Positions 11,860 through 25,165 are shown, numbered from the stretch's first letter. The stretch: 64,000 nt of DNA from Camelus dromedarius (GCF_036321535.1 NC_087437.1:110238001-110302000), one strand, 5' to 3'. Translations and numbers: made by a program. The notes: generated from the sequence alone by a model not told the origin.

Positions 11860-13130
11860 TTTATTTGTTAAAAATATTTGTTGAGTAATTACTTCATAAG
11901 TCCCTCTGTTAGGTCTTAGAATTACAAATATGAAAAGATGTGTTAAGTTAGAAAGCAAATATGTAAATGAACATGACAGGTGATGTGACAGTCAAGTGCA
12001 AACACAGAGGAGAAGGCTCATGTCGGTATTAAAAAAAGAGAGAGATGCTAGAGCAAAAGGTGGGATCAAATATGTTCACGCTGAAGTTACATTTAAATCA
12101 ATTCTTGGCAGAGGAGAAATGAATTAGAGAGGCAAGGGATACACGATGCAGGAGGACCAGAATATGCATAGGCAGAAGAAAAGTATTAGATAGTAGAGCT
12201 GTAAGTTGATGTCACTCTTAGAAAGCAAGCAGAGCAAAGCAAGTGGCTACAATGAGGCCCTGGGTAGTTAAGAGAAGCCTGAACATCAAGGTCATATATA
12301 TCTTGCTATAGGTGCACTAGACACTGTTTTTAAAAGTTGCGATATTTTCCACAGAAATTTATGTTGTATAAAATCATTATGGCAACTAATTAAAAGGTAA
12401 TCGGCCGAGGAGTATGACCAAGCAGCCAATGTGAGGTCTTCATGTAAGAAAGCAGTAACTAAAGTTTTATAGAGGGCCTAGATCAAACAGACATTTAAGA
12501 GATGGAACTTAAAGAACTTGCTTATGTGGTGTGGGGTGAAGGGTAATAAAGGATAAAAAGGGGCACACATGAGCTCCAGATTGGAGGTTCAGCAATTGAT
12601 GGATCGCGGAGGTAACAGCAGATGTGATGTGGGACCCGGGAGCATTCGGGGGATGATCAGGGTGGAGATCGGAAAATTCATTTGAGTTCAGATAAATTTA
12701 AGAAAAGTTATTTAGTGGTAGTTCATTACAAAAATCTGAAACTCAAGAGGGAACTGAGTTTGAGATTTCGAAGTGATTGGATAAAGGTTGTATTAACTAC
12801 ACAAATACGGTACTCCAATATTCAGAAGTGAGCAGCAGAAAAAGACATTTCAGTGCAGGTAAGAAGCAGGCAAAGGTAAACGGTGACACTGAAGAGAGTT
12901 GTATCAGGGAAGACAAGGACGCTGACACTTCCTGGGAGGGAACCATCAACAACTGCCCTTTCATTCAAACATTTATTCTTTCACCGAGTATTTCTAATGA
13001 CATAAATTTCGACACTAGACTAGATGCTGGCTGGCACGTGGTCAGTGAGGTGGGCATGTTCTCTGCCCTTGCAGAAGTTGCAATCAGAGGGGATGGCAGA
13101 ACATGAAAAGACGATAATCATAAAATAACA
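11860..13130. mobile_element. Degraded L2 fragments
   Basis: L2 3'-type motifs (aaatatttgttgag; ttcattcaaacattta ... tctgcccttgcagaagttgcaatc) and a purine-rich body. Confidence 0.5.
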
Positions 13131-14793
13131 CGGGCTTCAGTGTTTGTTTAGAGAGACTCTTCAGCCCCCCGATGTTTGGGAAGGGACCTCAGACTCCACT
13201 GACATGATTACCAAAGAAATAGCCATTTTAAATGTGATTCCTGTATTCTAATCAAGATCGATGGGTCCAAATCAAGATGAATCTTGAACAAGATGAGCCA
13301 GAAGATCCCCAGGATTTGTGAGCAGGAACATATATTTTTCCCTACTTGATGAAGCTCTAAGGACTGACAGTTGGGAAATATTAGCAGCTGTGTTTTATTT
13401 GCTTTTTTAAAGTGCCCAGTAACAGTTCATTACAAGGCACCTACTTAACTAACCTGCCGAATAATCTCTTATATGTTCTGCTCAGGGACAATTCATGGAG
13501 AAGCTTTTTAAATTTTTCTAGGTCAGCCATCTCAGTAATGATATTCCATCAAGTCAATGAGGCACACTATCCTAACAAAACCAGAGGAGTAAACCTGAAA
13601 ATCATTATTTCCTAGATCTACACATTGACTTCAAATACTGTTCTGTATTAATTCATTACTTGTTTATTTACCTCAAAAGTCTGACTTGGTTGGCTTTGCA
13701 TGGAAGTTGGAACAAAAATGTCATAATTGAAATTTCATGCAGAATCTATACGCCACAGAGAGTAATTGTGATAGGACGTTAACATTTTCTGACAGTTTGA
13801 AAATATAGCACCATCAAATCTTAGAAAGGGTATTTTCACAAAAGTGGTGATAGTGATGACAGGTTGAAAAAGATCTGTGAAAGAAATTACAAAATACATG
13901 ACAGCACACAGCAAAATTTCTGCCCTGATAGCTGAAGGTAATGGCAGAAGTTAGTTAGAACTTAAGTAGATTGAAAGGAAATGTAATAATGACCAGAAAT
14001 TGAATTCTTTCCAGTCCTTTTTAACAGCCTTAAAATTCTAAATACTCATGGAATTAAGTCAAGTTTGCCTTTGAGAAGAGGGATTTTACTTCAGTTCCCT
14101 GTATGGACCAAAGGGCATCTCAAAAACCATCAGCAGACCTGTAGCTCTATAAAGAACAATAGCCTATAACTTAGTTAAAACATTAAAGTATTTATATGTA
14201 TATGGATCTATATCAATACATATCTATATATGAAGTACATATGTTCATATGTATGCATATATTAAAAGAGAAAGAAGAAAAGTAAGAGAAGAGAGAAAAA
14301 GAAAGAAAGAAATATACTAGATACTTTAGCATATGGTTATCTGGCTGAGATTGGGGTAGGGAGCTGATGTGTAGTTTTGGGTGAATGAGTGGAGATGGAA
14401 GAGGGTAAGGGGTTAAACAAAAGGTAAAAAAATAAAGATAGAAACTGTAGTGAAAAAATCCCCAATTGAAGAAAATATTATTTGTATGCTTATATCTATG
14501 TGTGTGACATGTAATAGGCACAGAGGTTATATCTGTTGACTATGTGTATCCATAATAAATGATAGTATAAAAAGCAAGTGCTCAATATGTGTAGCATGAT
14601 TCCTTTTTGTTTGAAACCACAAACTTCAAACTCCCGTGTGTACATAACCGTGGGCAGAGACAAAATTGCTTATGGCTGTGTGAGGGAAGAGAGAGTGATG
14701 GAAGGTCCCCAGAAGGGGATGATATGTATGGGCAGTAAGATGAGAGATAGTTAACTTGATCTTATATTTATTTGCATTGCTTCGCTTATTCTT

Positions 14794-14936
14794 TGGTTTG
14801 TTTGTTTTTTTGTTTTTTATTTTATTTTATTGAGTTAATAATCAGTTTACAATGTTGTGTCAATTTCCAGTGCAGAGCACAGTTTTTCAGTTATACATGA
14901 ACATACATATATTCATTGTCGCATTCTTTTTCACCA
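14794..14936 (-). mobile_element. Very short L1 3' tail, same family as 10136-10264
   Basis: Reverse-complement match to the 10136 element; 15-bp TSD gcttcgcttattctt / gcttcacttattctt (14779-14793, 14937-14951). Confidence 0.88.
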
Positions 14937-16187
14937 GCTTCACTTATTCTTACAGGCATGTGCTATCTGGTAAATAAAGAAAACATCAAATGCAGAAAAC
15001 ATTGAAAAACTGAAAGCATGCTTTAGATAATAGAAAATTGAATCATAGACCCAAAGAATGAGAAGAAGCTTTAGAGAGCTGGCTTTATTTAACTTCTGCT
15101 TGACTTGCCTTTGATTTGTTACCTTTTGCTGTAGAAGATTTTGTATCCAAACAATTAGCATTCTGTCTTTACCTATTTATGTTTGGTGGAGCTGGTTTAC
15201 ATATCCTGAAGAGAAAAGGCTACTTGTTCACAGCTCTCCAAATAACTGGTAGCATATAACAGTCATAAAATCTAAATAAATGAGGTAACAAAATTCATGA
15301 CAACGTAAGCATAAATTTTTAACAAGCACACTAGATTTTAATCCCAGGGGAGATTTCTTGCCTTTATAAGCACCCACCTCCACCTTGCCACAATGGTATA
15401 TAATGAGGCCCAAGATTATTCTAGGAGACATAACACAATAATTTGAATTTATTTGCAGCTACTCAGACACAAACTGGATTGAATGGGATACTGGTAAAGC
15501 CCTCTGAGGAGCTGCGTTATGTTATTAATCAGGGAGATGGCAATTTCCCTTACTGACTAACAGTTCCGTACTCTGGGGCCCTAATGACCAGAGTAGATAC
15601 ATGTTTTATTATTTTTTTCTATAAACTCTGATAGAGACAAAAGGAGGGATATAGAGGAAAGCTCTGGACAGGAAGTGGAAGAAATAAACCCCCAGGGATC
15701 TTCAGCTAACTTTATCCTTCTATGCTATTCCTTGGATAGGGAGAGGACAGAGACAGACAGGCAACATCTCTGAAAATTGCATATGCTTCTAAGTGCAGCT
15801 GGGTGCTTTATTGTTGGAGGTCTTTACAGTTAACTCTTGGTAGAACATTTTTATTACAGAAAATCACTGGAGAGAACTAATTAAAGAGACTTCTGGCTCT
15901 ATAATAATTGACAACATTTATTCAATTTAAAAATCATTCTTGACATAAGACAGCAATGTTTCTCACAGTATGAGCAAATCAAGCACTCATTCATTCCAGG
16001 GGACAAATATTCATTGAGTATGGTCTACATGTATGGTCTCAGGACTTACATGGTCTGCATGCATGGTCTTAGTATTTACAGTTTCCCAGTTTCTGCCTGT
16101 CGTATTCGGATTACTCTTGCCTTGTTTGGTTCATATAAATACAGGTGGCATAAACAAAGAATTTTTTTTCTTTAAAAATGAAAAAGA

Positions 16188-16379
16188 ACTAGTGTTTTCA
16201 TTTTCTTTGGATATATATCAAGGAATGGAATTACTGGGTCATATGGTAGTTCTATTTTTAGTTTTTTGGGAAACCTCCATATTGTTTTCCATAGTATTTG
16301 CACTAATTTACCTTGCCACAAATAGTGTGCAAAGGTTTCCTTTTCTCCAGATCCTTGCTAACATTTGTTATTTGTTTTT

Positions 16380-16411
<32 letters not shown>

Positions 16412-17862
16412 TGGAGAAGGGAAGTAATTAAATTTTTCTAATGAAGGTACTGGGGATTGAACCCAGGACCTTGTGCAGGTTAAGCACACATTCTACCACT
16501 GAACTATACTCTCCTCTCCTGATATTTCTGATCTTTTTGATGACAGCCATTCTGACTGGTGTGAGGTGACATCTCATTGTGGTTTTGATTTGCATTTCTC
16601 TAATGACTAGCAATGTTGAGCATCTCTTCATGTACTTGTTGTCCTTCTGTATGTCTTCTTTGAAAAAAAAGTCTATTCAGGACTTCTGCCCATTTTTTAA
16701 TAGAGTTGTTTGTTTCTTCTATTGAGTTGTATGAACTGTTTATATATTTTGGATATTAGCCCCTTATCAGTCATATCACTTGCCAATATTTTCTCCCATT
16801 CAAAAGGCTGTCTTTTCATTTTGTTGAGGTTTCCTTTGCTGTGCAAAAGGCTTTATGTTTAACTAGGTCCCATTTGCTCATTTTTGCTTTTATTTCTTTT
16901 GCCTTAGGAGACAGATCCAAAAAATACTGCTATGATTTATGTCAAAGAGTGTTCTGTGTTTTCTTTTAGGAGTTTTATGGTTTCAGGTCTTATGTTTCGG
17001 TCTTAAAGCCATTTTGAATTTATTTCTGTGTGTAGTGTTAAAGAATGTTGTAATTTCTTTCACATGTAGCTGTCCAGTTTCCCCAGCACCATTTATTGAA
17101 GAGACTGTCTTTTCCCTATGGTTTATTGTTGCCTTTTTTTGTAGGTGAATTGACCATGAGTGCAGTAGACGGGTTTATTTCTGGACTCTGTATTCTATCC
17201 CATTGATCTATGTGTCTGTTTCTGTACCAGTACCGTGCTGTTTTGGTTACTGTAGCTCTGTAGTATAATCTGAAATTAGAGAGCATGATTCCTCCAACTT
17301 TGTTCTTTTTTCTCAAGATTTCTTTGTCTATTCAGGGTCTTTTATGGTTTCATATATATTTTAGGATTATTTGTTCTAGTTCTGTAAAAAATGCCATGGG
17401 TATTTTGATAGAGATTGCATTAAATATGTAGATTACTTTGGGTAGTATAGACATTTTAACAATATTAATTCTTCTAATCCATGAAAACTTAGTGAAATAA
17501 ATCAGACAGAGAAAGACAAATACTTTATGTTATTACTTATATGTGGAATCTAAAAAAATAAAAAAAAAATGAATGAATACAACAAAACAGAAACAGACTT
17601 ACAAATATAGAAAAAAAAACTAGTGGCTACCAGCAGGGAGAGGGATGAGGGATGGGGCAAGAGAGGAGTAGGGAATTAAGAGGTATAAACAACTATGTAT
17701 ATTAAAAAAATAAGCTACAAGGGTATATTGTACACATCAGGGAATATAGTCAATATTTTATAATAACTTTAAATGGAGTATAATCTATAAAAATATTGAA
17801 TCATTATGTCATACACCTGAAACTAATATTATATTATAAAGCAACTATACTTCAATTTAAAA
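16188..17862. mobile_element. L1 with 5' inversion (antisense ORF2 at 16188-~17485, sense 3'UTR and polyA at ~17488-17862)
   Basis: Orientation switches at ~17486; TSD aaaaatgaaaaaga / aaaaatgaaaacga (16174-16187, 17863-17876). Confidence 0.85.
16372..16515 (-). mobile_element. tRNA-derived SINE (camelid Vic-type) nested in L1
   Basis: Reverse strand reads aggagagtatagttcagtggtagaatgtgtgcttaacctgcacaaggtcctgggttcaatccccagtacc, with Pol III A and B boxes and an (AAAAC)n tail. Confidence 0.85.
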
Positions 17863-20480
17863 AAAAATGAAAACGACATGAATAAGTACCTGTGGAGTCA
17901 ACCAGAAAAATCATAAAACCTGGAGTGAAAACCTGCAATATTCCCTTTGCCATGGGGAAAAATATGATATGCAGGAATTGATTGCTAGTGACCTACAACC
18001 TATTTGAACAGACCAGTTAAACACAAAATAGAAAATGTACTTACAGTGGTACATAGCATAACAAATAGGTAAAAGTGAAATATTGTCATATACACCATAA
18101 ACACCACAGGTGTTCAAAGAAGGTGGAAATCAATGAACTCTAGTGAGCAGAGTGATGCTTCATAGATGGTGTGGAAGGACCAGGAACAGAACTGAAGGAA
18201 TGAGACTTATCTAGTTTAAAAGAGGCTTACAATAACTGGGCAATAACTGCACGCTGAATACACCTCATCACCTGTGAAGGCTTCTTGCCAAGCATTAAAC
18301 CTGGCTCAAACCAAGGCTTAAGGTTTACAACTTATACAACAATTCAATAATATAAAAAAAGAGCTATTCTGCATTTAAAGAGTATTAAGATACATAATAA
18401 GTAAATTCAATGTGAGGAACTTATTTGATTTTAAATAAACAAGAACTAAAACACCTATTTTTAAATAATCAGGAAAATCTGATTACTGCATTAATTGATA
18501 TAAAGGAAATATTATTAATATTGTTAGGTGTGATAATGCTATTATGATAAAGTTATAAAATACTGTTAGTTGCATATTGAAACATTTTGGATTATGAAAT
18601 ACCATATCTGATTTATTGTTTAAAAGTTCAACAAATAGTGAAGATTACCATATCAAAATGTTAATGATTGTTAAAATTAGATGATGAGTTAAAAAGGCAC
18701 AATCTCTTATTTTTCTGCTGATTAAATTTTTTTAATGAAAAGTTTTTAAAACACACAGCAAGAGTGGAGAACGTTCACGGATAAGACAAATGAAATGGGC
18801 AACAACCTATGGGTGAGACTATCCAAGACCTGTGTCAGGAACATAAAACCTTCACAGAAGCTGAAAATTTGAGAAAAAAAGCTAATGAGAGCTAAATTGG
18901 GCAACATAGGTTGGAGTGTCATTATTGAAAGCCTTAATTACTAAATATTACACTGTCAAATGTAAGGAGGCAGTAGGTGAAGAATAAAGGAATTTTTAAG
19001 CAAGACGCTGATAAAAGCAGTGAGATTTGTTTGTTGGTTTGTTGGTTGGCTAGTTAATAAGTTTGATTTGACTCTCTTAGAAAGATTAAATAGCTTAAGA
19101 GTTTGTGGAATGCAGTATGGAATAAGGAAATGAAAAGTAGGAGAATAATTAAGAGGTCTCTTTGAGAGTTCAGTATGGTTTTGTTGAAGGAGAGGCTGTA
19201 AGAATACGAATCACAAGAAGAATGGAAAGACATAAAAGATAAATTAACAGGACTCAGATGTGAGAGGGGTAGGAACAGCAAACAGAAAATGGCCATAAAT
19301 AATTCTGAGATTTCAGGACATTAGCCATGTGAGAAGGAAAAGGGATGAGATCAGTTGTTTGTGGTGAGGGCTGGTGATGAATATAAAGCATCTGGTTTTA
19401 AGCAATGACATATGAATATCTTCCTGAACGGGGATTGAATATCTGCCATTTGGTTTTCAAAAACTCTGAGAAGCAGTTTATTCCATTTCTGCTAAATTAA
19501 ACTTTATATCAACAGGTAGAATTCAATTCCCTTATAGTCTACCATTATCATCTCATCTAGGTAAGACTGAAAAATATAATAAATTATAAAATTTGCATGT
19601 GATTGACCAAAAACATAATAATTTTTGCACAATTATAATATATTGTTCTAGTAATTTCAAGTGTATGTGAATATTCTGTGTTATTGTCTCCTTTAAATAT
19701 TATAAAATTGTAGTTACTTAATTAATTCATTAATTTCCTTCAATATATTTTTACTGGCTATACACCATGATTGACCCACTACTAGGCTCTATGTTAGAAA
19801 TATGAATAGGACATGACCCTGCCTTTTGCCCCTCAGAAACATATATATAAGCAAATGCTTGCAATTGTATTAGGTGGCAAAAAAGTAGCATTCACAGTGG
19901 GAATCATTTTTTAAAAAATCAGTCTTTCTTGGGATGTTGTGGTAGGCTTTTCAGGGATTTAGCTCTTAAAAGACTATTAGAATGCCCTTACATCACATGT
20001 AAGGGCATTAAGAACATTCTAGCTGATTAGCATTCACTATTCGTGTACTTGTAGCACATTTGACAACTCAATAGTCCATCTAATAGACATGCCAAGATCA
20101 AGAGATATCCTTAGCTAAGGTCATGGTAAAGGTTTTCTATAAATTAAAATTTGTCAGTCTGTCTGTGAGGGATATGCAGTGCATAGTGTTCTGGAATGCA
20201 ACTGTTGAGAACCCATCCCATCTCCAAAGACAAGTGAGTTATCAGGGCATTATGAAAATAAGGAAAAAACTTCATAGAAATCTATAATAAAGAGAATTAT
20301 TCAAATTAGCCTGTGAAGTTAGAAATGTTTAGTTCTGCTTCCTTTTTGCTTAATTATTCTGTCTCCCAGAAGAGATAACTAGTCATATGATATATACATG
20401 TGGATGCAGGTACCCAGACAAAGGATAAAGGAGAGGCATTTGGGCAAAAGAGAAAATCCCATTGAAAATATGAGGCAGAA

Positions 20481-22100
20481 TGCTATGGACTGAATGTCTG
20501 TATCCCAAAATTCATATGTTGATATCATAATCCTCAATGTGATGGTAGAGCCTTTGGGAGGTGATTAGGTCATAAGGATGGAGACCTCATGAATGTGACT
20601 TGTGCTCACACAAAAGTGACCTCAGAGAGTTCTCTCACCACTTTAGCCATGTGAGGACACAGTAAGAAAATGACTGTGAACCAGGAAGCAGGCACCAGAC
20701 ACTAAATCTGCTGGCATTTTGATCTTGGACTTTCAGGCTCCAGAACTGTGGGAACTAAATGTTCATTGCTAACTGAATTAGCAGCCTATGGTATTTTTGT
20801 TATAGCATCACAAATAGACTAAGAAATAAACTGATACTAAAAAGTTGAGGTGCTGCTGTGAAAAATACCTAAAAATGTGGAAGCAGCTTTGAAATTGGGT
20901 AATGGGCAGAGGCTGGAAGAGTTTTGAGGTGCAAGCCAGAAAAAGCCCACATTGTTGTGAATGGACCATTAAAAACAATTCTGCTGAGACCTCAGAAAGA
21001 GAAGAAATCTGTAGATAAAGCTTCAGTCTTCTTAAATAATACTAAAGCAATGAATGAACAGAATGTTGGTGGAAATGTGGACAGTAAAGGCCATTCTGAT
21101 GAGGTCTCAGACAGAAGTAAGGAACATGTTATTGAAAACTCAAGGAAACTTATAGAACAGCAAAGAACTTGGCTTAATTGTGTTCATGTTCTAGTGTTTT
21201 GTGAAAAGTAGAACGTACAAAAAATTAAATTAGGTATGTAGCTGTAAAGATTTCTAAGCAAAGTGTTGAAGATGTGGCTTGATTCCTCCTGAATGCTTAT
21301 AGTAAAACATGAGAAGAGAGAAATGACTTAAAGACAGAATTGTTAAGCAAAAAGAAAGTAGAGCTGAAGATTTGGAAAATCCTCAGCCTATCCATATCAT
21401 AAAAAATAAAAGAGAACACTTAGGGTATAGACAAACAACCATTTGCCAAGGAAGTTAGTATGGCTTGGCCATCTCAACAGAAGCCAGGTGTTGTTCTTCA
21501 AGACAATGGAAGAATGAATCCAAAGGTGATACAGAGATCTTCAGGGCTGCCAGTCCCATCACAGACCTGTAGTGTAATGGATCAGGATGGGAGGGTAGAA
21601 CTAGTTCTTCTTCAGTTCAAGCAGAGCAAAATGCCCCCACCCAGTGTATCAGGGGACCCTGCAAAGAGCTGCAGTGGGGACTGCACCCATCAGAGCCATG
21701 GGGACAGGGCCACCTAGAGCCATGTTGCAGGGGTTTCAGCCTGGGAGAGTTCCAGGGGCAGGACTGCCACCCTAGTGAGTCCAGAGAGCAGAACGCTGAG
21801 CCAGTGAAGATTATTCTCATGCCCTAAGTTAAATGTTATTTGCCCCATTAGGTTTTGTATTTACTTGGGGTCTGTGCCCCTTTCTTTTTTCCAATTTTTT
21901 TCTTTTGGAGTAGGAACCTCTATCCTACTCCTGTCCCACCACTGCAATTTGGAAGCACATAAATCATTTGGTTTCACAGGTTCACAGCTGGAATTTGCCT
22001 CAGTATGACTCGTCTCTTGCAAATCACTCATATCTGATTTAGATGATATTTAGATAAGACTTTGTACTTTATATGTTCAATGCTGGGATGAATTAAGATA
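20481..22100 (+). mobile_element. MaLR MLT1A-type 5' LTR (20481-~20825) plus internal region; 3' LTR absent
   Basis: tgctatggactgaatgt...ccagaactgtg...gactaaga, followed by MaLR internal sequence (aaatacctaaaaatgtggaagcagctttgaaattgggtaatgggcagaggctggaagagttt). Confidence 0.85.
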
Positions 22101-22705
22101 AACCTTTACATTTATGGTCAATTGATTTTGAACAAAAGCGCCAAGACCATTCCCTGGGAAAGAGTAGGCTTTTCAACAAATCATACTGAAACAGCTGGGT
22201 CTCCACATTCGAAAGGATGAAGTTGGACCCTGTCTCATATTTCACACTATATCAAGAATTAACTCAAAATGGATCAAAGACCTAAGTGTTGAGCTAAAGG
22301 TATAAATCTCTTAGAAGGAAACACAGGTGTAAGTTTTCATGAGTTTAGATTTTGCAATCACTTCTTAGATACAATACCAAAAGCACAGGCCACAAAATTA
22401 AAAAAAAAAAAACAATTGAACTCCAACAAAATTAAAAAGTTTTTTGCTTGCAAAGAAAATATCAAGAGAGTGAAAAGAGAAACTACAGGGTGGGAGAAAA
22501 TATTTGCAATTCAAATATCCCGTAAGGAATGTTGTGAACAGAATATTTTTAAAACTCTTACAACTCAACGATTAAAAATAACACAATTTAAAAAGTGGAC
22601 AAAAGATCTGAATGACAGTTGTTCAAAGAAAATGTACAAACAGGAAGCAGGTGAAAAGATGCTCAACATTATTAGTCATTAAGGAAATGCATATCAAAGC
22701 CACAT
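22101..22705 (+). mobile_element. L1 ORF2 fragment
   Basis: ttatggtcaattgattttgaacaaa, aattaactcaaaatggatcaaagacctaa, aagatgctcaacattattagtcattaaggaaatgca. Confidence 0.85.
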
Positions 22706-24301
22706 TGACGTCATGCTCCATATTCTGGGAAGTTAGTGAACATCTAGACCAGTTGTGGGTAGGACAAGGGTCACTGTACCAGTTCTTTATGGATTCATTT
22801 CTTCTTTGAGTGCCTGCTCTTAATCATTCTTCATGCCTCTTCAAAATACCATGTTCTATATTTTAAATGTATTCACATCAATTCTCATTAAGCTGATCAA
22901 TGCCTCGTATCGTTTCTGACACACTGATGATAGAAATTCTCCCCCTTAAGCACTTTCTTAATTTTCAGACATCATTGATTCACAAGATCTCCATAGCTCT
23001 TTATTAGTCTGATACCTGTTATCTTGGACTGTGCAACTCTGAGCAATGCCGGAATGTAAAGGTGATCACTCTGCTCAGAAAAGCTTCAAAAATTTACCTG
23101 CTCCAGGTGCTTCAGGGAAGCCTTTCCTCCTCCTACTGCTGTGGCCAAGGAGGCTTTCTGAAGATTGCAATGGTGTTTTCCCAAGAAGGCTGCTACCTCC
23201 TGGTGGGATTCATACTCACAGCTACATCCCCTATCACTCAACTTTTTCCCGGTCAGTTCCTTATAAAAACAACCACAACAAAATCTTGTCATCACTTTCT
23301 TGTTACATAATTAAATGTTTTCCACCCAGAGAAATTGTTTTTCATGCATGTATCCATGAACCATGTAAGCAATAATGAAAAGTCCACACAAACTCTGACA
23401 CACATTGTCATCCTGTAGATTCGTTAAGTATTTATTTTTCACAGACCAGTGTTGTTGGCAAATACGCTTTTTGACTGCAGAGATCTTAATACACAAATAA
23501 ATGTGTATCTAGCTTCTACATGCCCTCACTCCTGAGTATTTCTGATGGGTCTTAGGCTAAATCACTTTGTTTTTAAGTTCAGCTTTAAGCTTCTTACAGA
23601 GATTATGTATTCTCAACATCTTAGCTTAGGAATGCTAGATTTTGTATTCTCTTCATATTTTTTCTGTACATTTTTAAAATGTAACACCTCTGAATTCTAT
23701 TGTGCGGGCTGAAATTGTTATTTCGGAGCATGGTATTTCAACATAAATGAAATCCAACACTCTCAGCTGAAGAACATTACAGTATATCCCCAGATGACTG
23801 CTTCCATTGATGTCATGAGATGGTATTAAGAAGCAGTGTGAGAAAAGCTGTATTTGAAAACGCTCATCATTCTACTGATATAAAGAGATTGCATCTGCTT
23901 TGAATATAAAGGAAATGGCAGTCCTATTCCTGTGTTTAGCTGAATTCCCCAGCCCTGGAAAGGAATATATTCAGTTTATATATGAATCTCTGGATTCATA
24001 TTTAGGCTATAGAGTTTTCATTTTGAGTTATAGAATAAACAAAGATTTCTAAAGCTATTTTTTCTTCTAATTGGTCATGGAATTCTAACTTTGCCACAAG
24101 GATCCCAACAGGATCTTAACTTTTTTCATTCATAATCTCCAGAATTAGCTATTATTTTGACACTAATTAGTTTATAGAACTAGAAATTGGAGTCCTAGAA
24201 TTTTCCACAGTCACTTTTAGTATATCAAGCTCCCACGTACAGTAAAAGTCCAACTTCAACCACTCATCACTGGCTTTCTAACCCCCTCATTTCCCAAGGC
24301 T

Positions 24302-24490
24302 CTATGCTGCAGCTACTATGGAAACCGTTAACACGACGGTGGATGCTGTGGCTATGGAGGCTTAGGTCGTGGCTCTTGGTGGGACTTCTGGAGGCCTGGA
24401 ACAAGTCAGTGAGTATGATTAGGGTGGGTATTGATATGACTGCTGTCATCCATTGTGCTGTGAGAAAACAAGTCTTATGGCTTCTTCTGA
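24302..24490 (+). pseudogene. HGT keratin-associated protein pseudogene (KRTAP6/21-like N-terminus, KRTAP19/20-like C-terminus)
   Basis: Reads CCSYYGNR*HDGGCCGYGGLGRGS..., then after a frameshift GGY*YDCCHPLCCEK../SYGFF*. TATA-like tatatcaag at 24221 and AATAAA at 24817-24822. Confidence 0.78.
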
Positions 24491-25165
24491 AAACCTTGAC
24501 AGCTTAAAGCAGTTCCCTAAAGATTCATCACCTCAGTTTCCAATGACAAGAAATCCTCTTCTTTTCACCCACAGTTTATAACTGGTGATCACACCTCCAC
24601 TGCTGGGGAACCCATTGTTGCTGGCCACCACAAACACAGGAGTCAGCCTATGTCCATCACACAGGTCGGATTCCCTGGCATCTCAAACAGCTTAGCACTT
24701 GAATTGCAAATGTCAACATTCTAATTGCAGCTCCTCTGGTGGAACTTATTTTTAACTCTGATATCAATTATTTCCCCCTGTCCTATGTCTTACAATGCTT
24801 ATGTTTTCACTTTTTCAATAAAAAGGCTTAATCTTCCCTGGCAAGTGTTGTTTGCTCTTTATGTTTATTCAGTTCAGTAGGTTTCTTGTGCTATAGGTGT
24901 ATCATTTTGAATCCAAACATGGATTTATCTTCCCTGCAGCTGCAGATGATTTATGCCCCGAAAATAGCTAAGTATATGTGTGATTAAATTGAGCCCCTTA
25001 ACATCTTGTAGTTTCTTGTAGAAGAAAGAATGCAATCTGATTTCTTGTTTACTGTTGCTTTTTTCATGAGAAAATGTATTTGCCTCCCACTCTTACCTCC
25101 AAACGCATTAGACATATAAGATGCACAGATTTGAAAAGCCAGAGATTATTAAGGGAAAACAGTTC

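Noticed and set aside
16441..16515. tRNA-like sequence with A and B boxes
   Set aside because: Head of a SINE with an A-rich tail nested in an L1, not a tRNA gene
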